In this document: piece after piece, positions 55,098-63,820 of the stretch
Layout of the letters: every line of letters starts with the position of its first letter
Numbering within the stretch: the stretch's first letter is position 1
Source of the DNA: Thermoplasmata archaeon
Lineage (GTDB): Archaea > Thermoplasmatota > Thermoplasmata > Lutacidiplasmatales > UBA184
NCBI GenBank assembly: GCA_028864975.1
Contig: JAGWLG010000011.1
Span: forward strand, 26,081-90,080
Reading direction: 5' to 3'
Length of the DNA: 64,000 nt
Translations under genes and position numbers: made by a program
Notes under the pieces: model-generated
What the model was told of the DNA's origin: nothing
Seen by the model: the letters and a program-made list of their open reading frames with translations, nothing else
The model's database searches: none

Positions 55098-55571
55098 ATG
55101 GCGAGTGACCCTGCGGCCTCGGCGGCTCAGGTGGTCGTCCACTTCGATGGGGCCTGTCAGCCGCCGAACTCGAGCGGGATTGCGACCTGGGCGTTCACGG
55201 TGGAGGGGGCGGGACTGGACCGTGAGGACTCCGGGCTGGCGGCGCCGCCATTTTCCCCGGGCTCGACCAACAACGTCGCCGAGTACACGGGGGCGATCCG
55301 GGCGCTGGAATACCTCCTTGCGCGGGGATATCGCGGCCCGGTGCTCGTAATGGGCGACTCCGAACTAGTTATACGGCAGATGGAGGGGCGGTACCAGGTT
55401 CGGAAGGACCACCTGAAGTCCCTTCACCGGCGACTCAGTGCGCTGGCGGGGCAGTTCGCGCCCTCGATACGGTTCATCTCGGTGCCGCGCGAGAGGAACA
55501 CGCGCGCGGATGCGCTTACGAAAGAGGCGATTGATAAGGCCCGACGGGCGCTCGACCCACCGAACCAGTAG
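55098..55571 (+). CDS. rnhA: Ribonuclease HI (archaeal/actinobacterial type)
   Basis: VHFDGAC, TNNVAEY, GDSELVIRQMEG.Y, VPRERN.RADAL. Confidence 0.92.
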   Translation: MASDPAASAAQVVVHFDGACQPPNSSGIATWAFTVEGAGLDREDSGLAAPPFSPGSTNNVAEYTGAIRALEYLLARGYRGPVLVMGDSELVIRQMEGRYQVRKDHLKSLHRRLSALAGQFAPSIRFISVPRERNTRADALTKEAIDKARRALDPPNQ

Positions 55572-55696
55572 GGACGCACACGGAGCCATGCGTATTTAGA
55601 CGTAGTGGTCCCGCGCCGCCGCGACGTGCGCCGCCACACTTATTACACCCCTTCGGCAATTCTATCTCTGCGACCCGTAAGGGGGAGCGTGGTTGG

Positions 55697-56497
55697 ATGA
55701 ACACTGGATCAAGGAGCAAGGCGACGCGGGACACTCGGAATGGACGACACAAGCCCGTACGGTGGATGTCCGTACTGATGAGCGTCGCTGTCTTGACAGT
55801 CAGCGGAGCCGTCCTGGCCGACGTGGTCTTGACCTACTTCGCGAGCACGAACACGGGAGCCGGTACGACCCCCTTCGGCTTTGAGAACGCTGGAAACTAC
55901 AACCTTGCCTCTCACTACAACCTGGTGGTCAACACCTTCACTACGGCCAGCGCCCACGAGGCAGTTCTTGCCACGCTTGGTCTCGTCCAGGACGTCCAGA
56001 TCGAAGCGGTCAACGTAACCAGCTTCAACTTGACAAATGCCCTAGCTCTTCACGAGCATGCCTACATCAAGTCCCCTGGGACATTTGGTTCTGTCTCGGC
56101 GGGGGTGAATGGGATTGTTTGCGCCTACGCCATCGTGACCACCTACTTCCCGTCGGGGAACGTAACTTCTCTCGGTGGTGTCAGCACTTCCGGGGCTAAC
56201 TGCGGGGCGTTCATTCCTGGGCCCGCTCTAGGCGTGAACGGTGCGACCGCAACAGGGCAAGGATGCATCGGGGGAAAGAACTACGCGGTGTTCAATCTGA
56301 CGTCGGGAGTCGAAGACTCAGAGTCAGGGATGGCAGCGGGAGCGACGCTCTGCTCCCTCTCATCGTTCAGCACCGTCAGCCCGGGCGAGACCGGATCTCT
56401 CTTCGTGACCTATTCCTTTACCAGCGACCTTGTGGTCACCTCTGGAACGGTCCTTGACGGATTCTCGGTCCCGGTGACCATGACGCAGGGATCGTAG
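55697..56497 (+). CDS. Secreted pilin/fibre-subunit-like protein (ADVILxY family, copy 2)
   Basis: LA|DVVLTY...GTTPFGFENAGNY; CAYAIVT; C-terminal LFVTYS...FSVPVTM. Confidence 0.8.
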   Translation: MNTGSRSKATRDTRNGRHKPVRWMSVLMSVAVLTVSGAVLADVVLTYFASTNTGAGTTPFGFENAGNYNLASHYNLVVNTFTTASAHEAVLATLGLVQDVQIEAVNVTSFNLTNALALHEHAYIKSPGTFGSVSAGVNGIVCAYAIVTTYFPSGNVTSLGGVSTSGANCGAFIPGPALGVNGATATGQGCIGGKNYAVFNLTSGVEDSESGMAAGATLCSLSSFSTVSPGETGSLFVTYSFTSDLVVTSGTVLDGFSVPVTMTQGS

Positions 56498-56699
56498 GTG
56501 TCAAGACAACCCTTCCGAGTGCCCGGACTATCGGTGGGCCGGGGCGCGGCGGCGCCCAGGTCCACCAACCCATTCTTCCATATTCGTGGGCAGGGAGCGA
56601 TGAATTAGTGGCTATCTTCGCCCGAAGAATCGGAAACGGGCGTGGTACATCCCTGTCGAAGTAAACCGGCCTTGCGATGAAAGCCAGGCTTGCACACAG

Positions 56700-57527
56700 A
56701 TGGCCCCGCATAACTTCGGTGACAGACTTAAAGGACTGAGCGTGCGTATTACACGCACAGGTGTCGGCTTGTTCGGCTACCGATTGAAACTAGAACGCGC
56801 ACCCAGAAAGGACGATCAGAAATCCCGGCGACGCACCCTGATGGGCTTGGCGGTCCTCGTGGCCGCAATCACGTTCTCCGCCTTCGTGACTGCGGACGTG
56901 ATCCTCGTCTACACCGCGAAGAACTCGGTCAACAGCGCCGGCAGCTCGCCGTTCGCTTTCAACAACGGCGCCAACGAACCCCTCGCCAACAGCTTTGGGA
57001 TTCTGACCAACACCTGGCCGGCGGGGGGACCGGCGGGCCCTACGGTCTCGACCCTGGTCTCCGGTGTGAAGGATGTGCCGGTTGAAGTCCTCCAGGGAAC
57101 GATCTTCCAATTGAATGCGAACCTAGCGGCGGCAGACACCGCAACCTTCGGAACGATCAACGTGGGGACCGGGTCGTTCACGGCCGGGGGCCTGACCTGC
57201 GCCTATGCCTTCATCACCAATTTCCCACCGACCTCGGTCTCTGGAACGCTAACGGGGACCTCCGCTTGCGGCATCTACAATCCCACGGTCCCGGTGGCCG
57301 CGTCCACCTACTGTGGGAACGACGCGATGGTCACAGTCGACCTGACCAATGCAGTTGCTCCCTCAGGAGGCCCGATCTCCTGCACGATGAACGGTGCGCT
57401 CACCGCCCCCATCACAGTCCTCTACGTGAGTTATGGAGTGTCGCTTACCGATGCCTATGCGGGGGGGACGACTGTCCTCGATACCTACTCGATCCCGGTG
57501 ACCATCTGTCCCACCGCGGGCTGCTGA
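56700..57527 (+). CDS. Secreted pilin/fibre-subunit-like protein (ADVILxY family, copy 3)
   Basis: TA|DVILVY...GSSPFAFNNGAN; CAYAFIT; C-terminal LYVSYG...YSIPVTI. The true start may be TTG 56769 or 56784. Confidence 0.8.
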   Translation: MAPHNFGDRLKGLSVRITRTGVGLFGYRLKLERAPRKDDQKSRRRTLMGLAVLVAAITFSAFVTADVILVYTAKNSVNSAGSSPFAFNNGANEPLANSFGILTNTWPAGGPAGPTVSTLVSGVKDVPVEVLQGTIFQLNANLAAADTATFGTINVGTGSFTAGGLTCAYAFITNFPPTSVSGTLTGTSACGIYNPTVPVAASTYCGNDAMVTVDLTNAVAPSGGPISCTMNGALTAPITVLYVSYGVSLTDAYAGGTTVLDTYSIPVTICPTAGC

Positions 57528-57681
57528 GCCGGTTCGAACCTCACTTTCGAGAAGGCCCGACCCCCGCGCACAGTGCGGTAGTCGCGGCCTTCTCTGACGG
57601 CCGACGCGAGTGAAAGGACTATTGCACCCCGGACCATGATAGGGGAGGGGGCCGGTCGCCCGTAGGGCACAAGGTCAACTC

Positions 57682-59367
57682 GTGGTCGAAGAAGCCCGTG
57701 ACATCCGCGACCGCGGATACCTGGCCATCAACCTCCTCCTCGGGGGGATTGCGACGGCGGTCGGGCTGTTCAACATGTTCGCGCTCCACAACTTCGGAGC
57801 AGCCCCGATGTTCGACGCCCTGCTCGGGATGTCGATGATCAGCGTGGGTGCCTTGTTCATCGCGCCCTACATGGCGCCCCGGGAGCTCGGCCTTCCCGCA
57901 CCCGGTGTGCGGATGGCCCGGCGCCCTTACCTGCCCTTCCCTGTCCCGATCCCCGCGTCGCTCGAGCGCGGACGCCGAGGCCGAGAGGAGTTCGAGGGAG
58001 AGGAGGAGCTCCCGATGCTCCCTGCGCCCAGACGGAGGCCTGCGGGAGCCGCTGCTCGACCGAGAGCTGTCCCCGCCCCTTCCCCCGTGTCCCCTCCAAT
58101 GGCTGGAGTCGCAGCTTCCGCGGGCCTCCGAGCCGCAACTCCGATGGAAGCCGCGGCCACGATAGCGGAGCTCGAAGCCCTGGGAACAGCACCGGTAGCC
58201 CCGAGACCCGCTCCACCGCGTCCTCACCTCCCACCCTTCCGACCAACCGCACCTCCCCCGGCGGAATACCTCGAGGAGGAAGAGGCGGTGGCGAGCCTGG
58301 CCGTGACGCCCGAGCTCGAACCCCAGTTCAAGAGAGCGTTGGAGGATCTTGCAGGGGCGGCAGCGCTGCAGACCAATGGCGCACACCCGCTCGCCCTCGT
58401 CAACGGGAAGCCCCCGGAGCGTACGCTCTCGGACCTCGAAGAGGTTCTCCGTCAGCCCTCTCCCTCGGCCCCTCAAGAGCCCCGGTTGCCCCAGTCCATG
58501 CGACCCCCCATCTCGACCTCCACCGTTCCACAGGAGGCGGTAGGCGAAGTGGACCAGCTGGAGCAGGAGCTCCAGACCATGCCCCGTGTTGAATCGGTTC
58601 TTCCCGCGCCGATCTCGACACCCGTAGAGGAACCGTTCCCTGCCACCATAGCGGAAGCGTCGACTCCCTCGTCTGCCCTTCCCGAGCCAGAGCTCCCAGC
58701 TCCCCTCCCCCTACCTGTGGAGCCATTGAGCGGGCCGGTTCCCGGCGCCTCCCCACCGTCCGAGGAGGCCCCTGGACCTACCACAGTAGCACCGAGCGAA
58801 GTCGCACCCGCGACCGACATGAAGGACGCTGCCTCGAGCCTGCCCACGATCGAGGAGGCGTTGGGCACGAAGGAGGGCCAGCTGGAGGAGATGGCGCGGA
58901 CCCTCGAGAGCATGGTCTCCCAGATCCGTTCTGAGCCGGAGGTGGTCCCTCCCGAGCCAGTCCCCTCTCTGACGGAAGCGGCAGCCCCCGCGCCGCCCGC
59001 CCCCGAGCCGACCGCACCCCTCACACCTGAGACGTTCTCGGAAGAGAACGAACCTGCTCCCGCCATCGACGATCTCGAACGGCAACTGGCCGCCATGCGG
59101 TCGACCCTCGTCCGTGAAGGGCCCAAGCCCCTCCCCCGGCCGGGATCGGCGCCACGGAAGGCTCCAGAGGCAGCGACGCTCCCTCTACCGCTTCCCCCAG
59201 CTCCCTCTCCCGAGGAAGCGAAGGAGGTCGAGCCTCCAAAGGAGGCGGAGAGCGTGGACGAACTGGACCAGCTCCTCGAAGACGCGTCATCCGCCGCGAA
59301 GCTGACCCAGGAGCGGCACATCGACCATGAGAAGAACGCACGCCGACGACGGAAGAGCGGGCCGTAG
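57682..59367 (+). CDS. Membrane-anchored (2 TM) protein with long Pro/Glu/Ala-rich disordered region
   Basis: Two N-terminal hydrophobic helices, then low-complexity sequence with short helices (LEQLEQEL, IDDLERQL, VDELDQLL). Confidence 0.7.
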   Translation: MVEEARDIRDRGYLAINLLLGGIATAVGLFNMFALHNFGAAPMFDALLGMSMISVGALFIAPYMAPRELGLPAPGVRMARRPYLPFPVPIPASLERGRRGREEFEGEEELPMLPAPRRRPAGAAARPRAVPAPSPVSPPMAGVAASAGLRAATPMEAAATIAELEALGTAPVAPRPAPPRPHLPPFRPTAPPPAEYLEEEEAVASLAVTPELEPQFKRALEDLAGAAALQTNGAHPLALVNGKPPERTLSDLEEVLRQPSPSAPQEPRLPQSMRPPISTSTVPQEAVGEVDQLEQELQTMPRVESVLPAPISTPVEEPFPATIAEASTPSSALPEPELPAPLPLPVEPLSGPVPGASPPSEEAPGPTTVAPSEVAPATDMKDAASSLPTIEEALGTKEGQLEEMARTLESMVSQIRSEPEVVPPEPVPSLTEAAAPAPPAPEPTAPLTPETFSEENEPAPAIDDLERQLAAMRSTLVREGPKPLPRPGSAPRKAPEAATLPLPLPPAPSPEEAKEVEPPKEAESVDELDQLLEDASSAAKLTQERHIDHEKNARRRRKSGP

Positions 59368-59412
59368 GGCCGCAAGCTCCATTGGCCCGCGTCCGCCTGC
59401 CCTTCCCAGGGC

Positions 59413-59754
59413 ATGATCTACCGCAACCGGGACATCAGGCTGTTTCGGAGCGTGGTGGTCGCGGTCTCGTTCGCCACCCTCGCGGTGGCGGCCCTCACGT
59501 ACGTCCAGTGCAGCTCCACCCGCCCTCCGTCCTGCGGCCCGATCGAACCCCAGATCCTGGTGGCTGTCGTCTTCGCGGTGATCCTCTACGGCGTAGGGGA
59601 GTGGCTCCTTCCCGTCCCCCTGGAACCGCCGCGGACCCCCACGCCGCAGCCCAAGCCTCCTCGGATGAGGGCGTGGCGCCGCGGTCCCGCCCGGAGCACG
59701 CTCGGCCCCGTTCCGCCCTCGGGGGAGGCTACGTCCAACCGTAAGCGGCGTTGA
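59413..59754 (+). CDS. Small 2-TM membrane protein
   Basis: Two hydrophobic helices separated by a CSSTRPPSC loop. Confidence 0.6.
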   Translation: MIYRNRDIRLFRSVVVAVSFATLAVAALTYVQCSSTRPPSCGPIEPQILVAVVFAVILYGVGEWLLPVPLEPPRTPTPQPKPPRMRAWRRGPARSTLGPVPPSGEATSNRKRR

Positions 59755-60439
59755 GAATGAACAGGATCCGGGCGCAGGCCACGAGCGCGACGAAGAACAG
59801 CGGCAAGGTGGTCGCGCCGAGGGCCCGCAGTCCCAGGACCGGGCGGCCCCAGCGAGCCCGGTGCTCGATCCCGGCGGTGAGCATCACCGCGACCATGCCG
59901 AAGGGGGTCGCGTTCAGCGCGAAGGACCCGACCGCCCATCCATCGATGGGGGTCGGGACGAGGACCGCCAGCAGGAGTCCCGTGGTCGTCCCCGCCGCGG
60001 CGATGCGGAAGAAGAGCTCCCGGTGCCAGGCCTTGTCCTGGACGAAGTAGCCGACCAGCAGGATCGCGGCCCCTCCGCTCGTCGCGCCCAGCGCGGCGAT
60101 CACCGCTTCGGACCAGGTCTGATCGAACCCGGCGGGGAAGAGGAACTGCATCACGAGGGCCGGGAAGAGGAGGAAGAAGAGCCCGAAGGAGCAGTCGAAG
60201 AGGAAAAGCAGGAGCGGTAAGGTGGGGATGACGTTCACCGCACAGACCTTGTGGCACTCGCCGTTCTTGATGAGCTCGCGCTCAAAGACGCACGAGGCGC
60301 AGGGTTCCCGTCGATGGGGGAGCCCGCTCTTCCAAGCGACACGCCACAGGAAGACCGTGAAGATCGTCGCCAGGGAGATGCAGATGAAGAACGGGACCGC
60401 GATGTCCCAGAGGTTCGACCACTGCAGGACGAGGGGCAC
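59729..60439 (-). CDS. Multi-pass membrane protein with Cys4 loop
   Basis: About 6 TM helices; loop CASC-x11-CHKVC. Confidence 0.7.
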   Translation of the reverse strand: MPLVLQWSNLWDIAVPFFICISLATIFTVFLWRVAWKSGLPHRREPCASCVFERELIKNGECHKVCAVNVIPTLPLLLFLFDCSFGLFFLLFPALVMQFLFPAGFDQTWSEAVIAALGATSGGAAILLVGYFVQDKAWHRELFFRIAAAGTTTGLLLAVLVPTPIDGWAVGSFALNATPFGMVAVMLTAGIEHRARWGRPVLGLRALGATTLPLFFVALVACARILFILNAAYGWT

Positions 60440-60508
60440 GTCTCTTCTACGCCGCCGGAGGCTGAAGAACGTTCCGGGGAGGGTCGGGGGGAGCGCGGCC
60501 CGGGGGAG

Positions 60509-63500
60509 TCAAGGAGCCCGTGCCGAGCGCAGAGCGGGGAGGGCCTTCCCCACCCCCGTCGTCGGTACGGGGCGGGGGACGGACGGCACACCGGGACCCG
60601 GACCGGGTCGCAACGGGCCCCTGGAGGACGCGTCGAACCCCGGAGAGGTCGGAAGTAGCACCCGTTCATCGAGGTCGACCCGGACCAGATGGGGTCGCAG
60701 CTCCTGAAGCCAGGCGCTCCCCTTCCGTCGGTCCCCCTCCTCGACCTCATGCACGGCCCGGTAGACCTGCGGGAGGAGCAACGCCCCCTCGAGGCCGAGC
60801 CCTCCGAAGACCTCCTGCACCTCGGCGAACACCCGCTCGGACTCCCCCTTCCGACCCTGACCCCACAGCCACTGCCCCCAACGGTACTTGGCCCAGACCG
60901 CGTGGACCGAGAGGTCGAACTTCTGGGCCAGCCCCTGGAGCTCCTGGATCGTTCTCCGAGCGGCGCCGTGGTCGTGCAGGGTCAGTTCCGCCGCGGCCCG
61001 GTTCGCTAGGAGGCTCGAGAGGGTCGTGACATTCCCGATGCGGCGGGCGAGTCGTTGTCCCTCATCGAATCGCCGAAGGGCCCCGGGGGCATCGCCGAGG
61101 ACCTGCCGAACGCGGCCTTCGATGTTGTCCAGGAAGGCGAGGAACGGCAGGAAGAGCTCCCCACGGTAGCGGGAACGTGCGCTCTCGCATTCCGCCAGGG
61201 CCTCGCTCGCCCGCCCCAGGCACAGCAACGCGATGGACCGCGAGACGATGGCCCAGGTGGTCCAGATCCAGTCGTTCGCCTGGGCGAGCCGTTCGAGGGC
61301 ATCCTCGGACTCTTGCAGGCAGTCCTCCCAAGCTCCCGCCTGCCCGTAGAGGAAAGCCGCGACGGCGCGGACCTGTCCCTCAAGGAGAGGGGTCGGACGA
61401 GCGTCGGACTCCTGAATCTCCCTCCGAAGGTCCTCCAGCCGGCGACGGGCGGAACCGGGGTCCGTCGCGGCCATGACGTTCGAGAGCGACGCCTCCGCCT
61501 CCCATCGGAGCGTCCTCGGCAGGGGGATGGAAAGGACGAGGTCGAGGATGCCAAGGGCCGTCGACGTTGCCCCGAGCGTCCAAAGGCGGTTCGCGAGGGC
61601 CACGTCGTGCGCCGAGCGCTCCGCGCGGGCCTGAGGTCGCGTGGAGAGCAGGTCATGGGCCGACCGCACGAGCTCCTCGATGGTCTCGTACTCCTGCCTT
61701 CGAAGCAGGTCGCGGACCGCCGACTCGATCCAGGGGAGCGCGCGCGCGGGGTCCCGGGCCGAGGAGAATAGACGCGCGATCGTGGTCGCATCGCCGGGGC
61801 GCTCGCGTTCCCACCACTCCGCGAGCCGCGCGGCCCACTGCCTCCGCTCGAGACCCTGTCCCTCGAGCACCTCGAGGATCACGAGATGGGAGAAGGCGTA
61901 TCGGCGGGGTCCGTCCGGCCGCAGGAGGTGCCGTCGGCGGGAGAGCTCTTCGAGCAGGTCACGGACCTGGACCCCACGCATCGAGGGGTCCATCGTCGCG
62001 AGGGATTCCAGGGGGGCGATCTCGAAGATCTCGCCCAGGCACGAAGCCATCTCGAGCAGTCGGGTCTGGGTCGGTGGAAGCCCCTCCATCCTGGCAAGCA
62101 CGAGACGCCGCACCACCGGGGGCACCGGTAGGGTGCCCTCCAGGGGCCCTGCGGACCGCGGCCGTCCCCCCTCCCCGACCCGACGGGACCTCGGTGCCGC
62201 AGGGTCGGCTGGGTCGGTCTGGAGGTCCCGGATCCCCTCGAGCAGGAAGAGAGGGTTCCCCTGCGCGCGGCGGATGACCTCTCGTAATCGGCGGGCGTCG
62301 GCTCCTTGCCCCACTCCTTCCCCGAGGCTCGCCCCCGCGAGGACCCGGCACTCCTGGAGGGTCAGCGGCCCGAGCGGGACGACCCCCGACCGTTCCGAGA
62401 CGGACCTCCGCAGCACGTCCAGCACCTGGACCAACTGCCGGGAGCGAGGGGTTTCCACCCCCGGAGCGAACCAGTTCTCGTCCCTCGAAGCCGCGACCAG
62501 AAGGACCGGGGCATCGAGACGGGGGATGTTCGTGGCCAGGAAGTGGAAGACCTGCAGGGCGGAAGGGGAGGCGCGTTCAAGGTCGTCCACGACCAGCAGG
62601 ACCGGCCCCTCCCGTGCCATCCGTTCGAGGCGTTCGAGATAGCCTAGCATCCTCCGGATCCGAGAAAGGCCACCTCGAGGCCCGGTAGGCGCGACCAAGT
62701 CCGGCCGCTCTGGGGCCGGCGGCGCCCCCCGGCCACGAGGGGGGGTCCCCTCACGGTGTTCGGTCGCACCGAGCATCTCCTCGAACGGGGAGAAAGGGAG
62801 GGACGGCCCTGCGAGGGCTTGGCCGTGAAGAGCGTGCACCCCCGCTCCCACTGCCGCCTCTTCGAGGAATTGGAGCAGACGGCTCTTGCCGACCCCGGCG
62901 GGACCCAAGAGCACCAGGACTTCCCCGCGCGCCGGGACGGCCCTCAAACGGCCCAGAGCCCGCGCGAGACGGTACCTTTCGTTGATCCGGCCGACGAGGG
63001 GCAGCGGCCCGGAGGTAGGGATTGGCGTGGTGGAGGCCGCGCCACGGGCTGCTCGTGGACCGAGCTCCTGTCGTGCTACGAGGTCATCTTCGGGACGGTG
63101 CAAGGCCAAGAGGTCCTCGGGCGACCCGCCGGACCGGGAGTCGTTCAGGAGCTTGGTCAAGGGCACCCCCTGGAACGTGGTCTCGAGCTCTCCCAGACTT
63201 ACCGAGGAGCCCGGCCATCGGAGCGCCCGCACCTCCGACACGAGCGAGGAGAGGCGATCGGTCCCAGTGGGGGTGAGGGAGTAGCCCTGCTCGAAGGCTG
63301 CGCCGAGCGCCGAGACCGGATGGACCCGGACCCACCCGCCACGGGAGAGACGTGCGAGCGCGCGGGAGACGGTGGGCTGGGAGGTCCGGAGCTGTGTCGT
63401 GAGCTGTCGCTGGGTGAGAAGCGCTCCGCGGACCATGCCCTCTCCCATGCGGAGCAGGAGCAGCTCGTCCCAGCCGAGATCGGTGCTCGGCCGCGTCGTC

Positions 63501-63598
63501 TCGGGTGACGGACGGACCGGGCCCTTGGCTCCCGTGGCTCGCTCGGACCGCACCGAGTAAGTGGAGGGGTCGGTCTGGATCGACAACGCCGGCCACAA
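60509..63598 (-). CDS. wHTH-STAND AAA ATPase-TPR putative transcriptional regulator
   Basis: N-terminal LTQRQL..QLRTSQPTVSRALARLSRGGWV wHTH; LVGRINER, GPAGVGKS, LLVVDDLE, AQGNPLFLLE, YAFSH; MalT-like TPR C-terminus. Start uncertain. Confidence 0.88.
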   Translation of the reverse strand: MWPALSIQTDPSTYSVRSERATGAKGPVRPSPETTRPSTDLGWDELLLLRMGEGMVRGALLTQRQLTTQLRTSQPTVSRALARLSRGGWVRVHPVSALGAAFEQGYSLTPTGTDRLSSLVSEVRALRWPGSSVSLGELETTFQGVPLTKLLNDSRSGGSPEDLLALHRPEDDLVARQELGPRAARGAASTTPIPTSGPLPLVGRINERYRLARALGRLRAVPARGEVLVLLGPAGVGKSRLLQFLEEAAVGAGVHALHGQALAGPSLPFSPFEEMLGATEHREGTPPRGRGAPPAPERPDLVAPTGPRGGLSRIRRMLGYLERLERMAREGPVLLVVDDLERASPSALQVFHFLATNIPRLDAPVLLVAASRDENWFAPGVETPRSRQLVQVLDVLRRSVSERSGVVPLGPLTLQECRVLAGASLGEGVGQGADARRLREVIRRAQGNPLFLLEGIRDLQTDPADPAAPRSRRVGEGGRPRSAGPLEGTLPVPPVVRRLVLARMEGLPPTQTRLLEMASCLGEIFEIAPLESLATMDPSMRGVQVRDLLEELSRRRHLLRPDGPRRYAFSHLVILEVLEGQGLERRQWAARLAEWWERERPGDATTIARLFSSARDPARALPWIESAVRDLLRRQEYETIEELVRSAHDLLSTRPQARAERSAHDVALANRLWTLGATSTALGILDLVLSIPLPRTLRWEAEASLSNVMAATDPGSARRRLEDLRREIQESDARPTPLLEGQVRAVAAFLYGQAGAWEDCLQESEDALERLAQANDWIWTTWAIVSRSIALLCLGRASEALAECESARSRYRGELFLPFLAFLDNIEGRVRQVLGDAPGALRRFDEGQRLARRIGNVTTLSSLLANRAAAELTLHDHGAARRTIQELQGLAQKFDLSVHAVWAKYRWGQWLWGQGRKGESERVFAEVQEVFGGLGLEGALLLPQVYRAVHEVEEGDRRKGSAWLQELRPHLVRVDLDERVLLPTSPGFDASSRGPLRPGPGPGVPSVPRPVPTTGVGKALPALRSARAP

Positions 63599-63780
63599 TT
63601 CGAGGCCTTCGGGGTCCTCTTTAGCTTTGGGTCGGAGAAATACCGGTCTAAATAGCCTCTACATGTATATTTTATGCACATACTATTACGTACACGGCCC
63701 AACCCGTTCGGCCGCCGTCCGGTCGGCCTCGTCAGGGATTCCCCCTTTCGGATCGGGGCCGCAAGGGCTGAATCACGGTG

Positions 63781-63818
63781 AATGAGCTCGAGGGGATTAT
63801 CCCCCCTCGGCGCTCATT
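63781..63818 (+). promoter_or_regulatory. Long imperfect inverted repeat immediately upstream of a secreted-protein gene
   Basis: AATGAGC..CGAGGGG / CCCCTCG..GCTCATT with core GGGGAT-T-ATCCCC. Confidence 0.55.
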
Positions 63819-63820
63819 GG

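Noticed and set aside
44921-57527. Type IV pilin/archaellin assignment for the small secreted paralogs
   Set aside because: No class III signal (K/R-G/A followed directly by a hydrophobic helix retained in the mature protein) and no PibD, ATPase or TadC genes nearby. The conserved segment follows the hydrophobic stretch instead.
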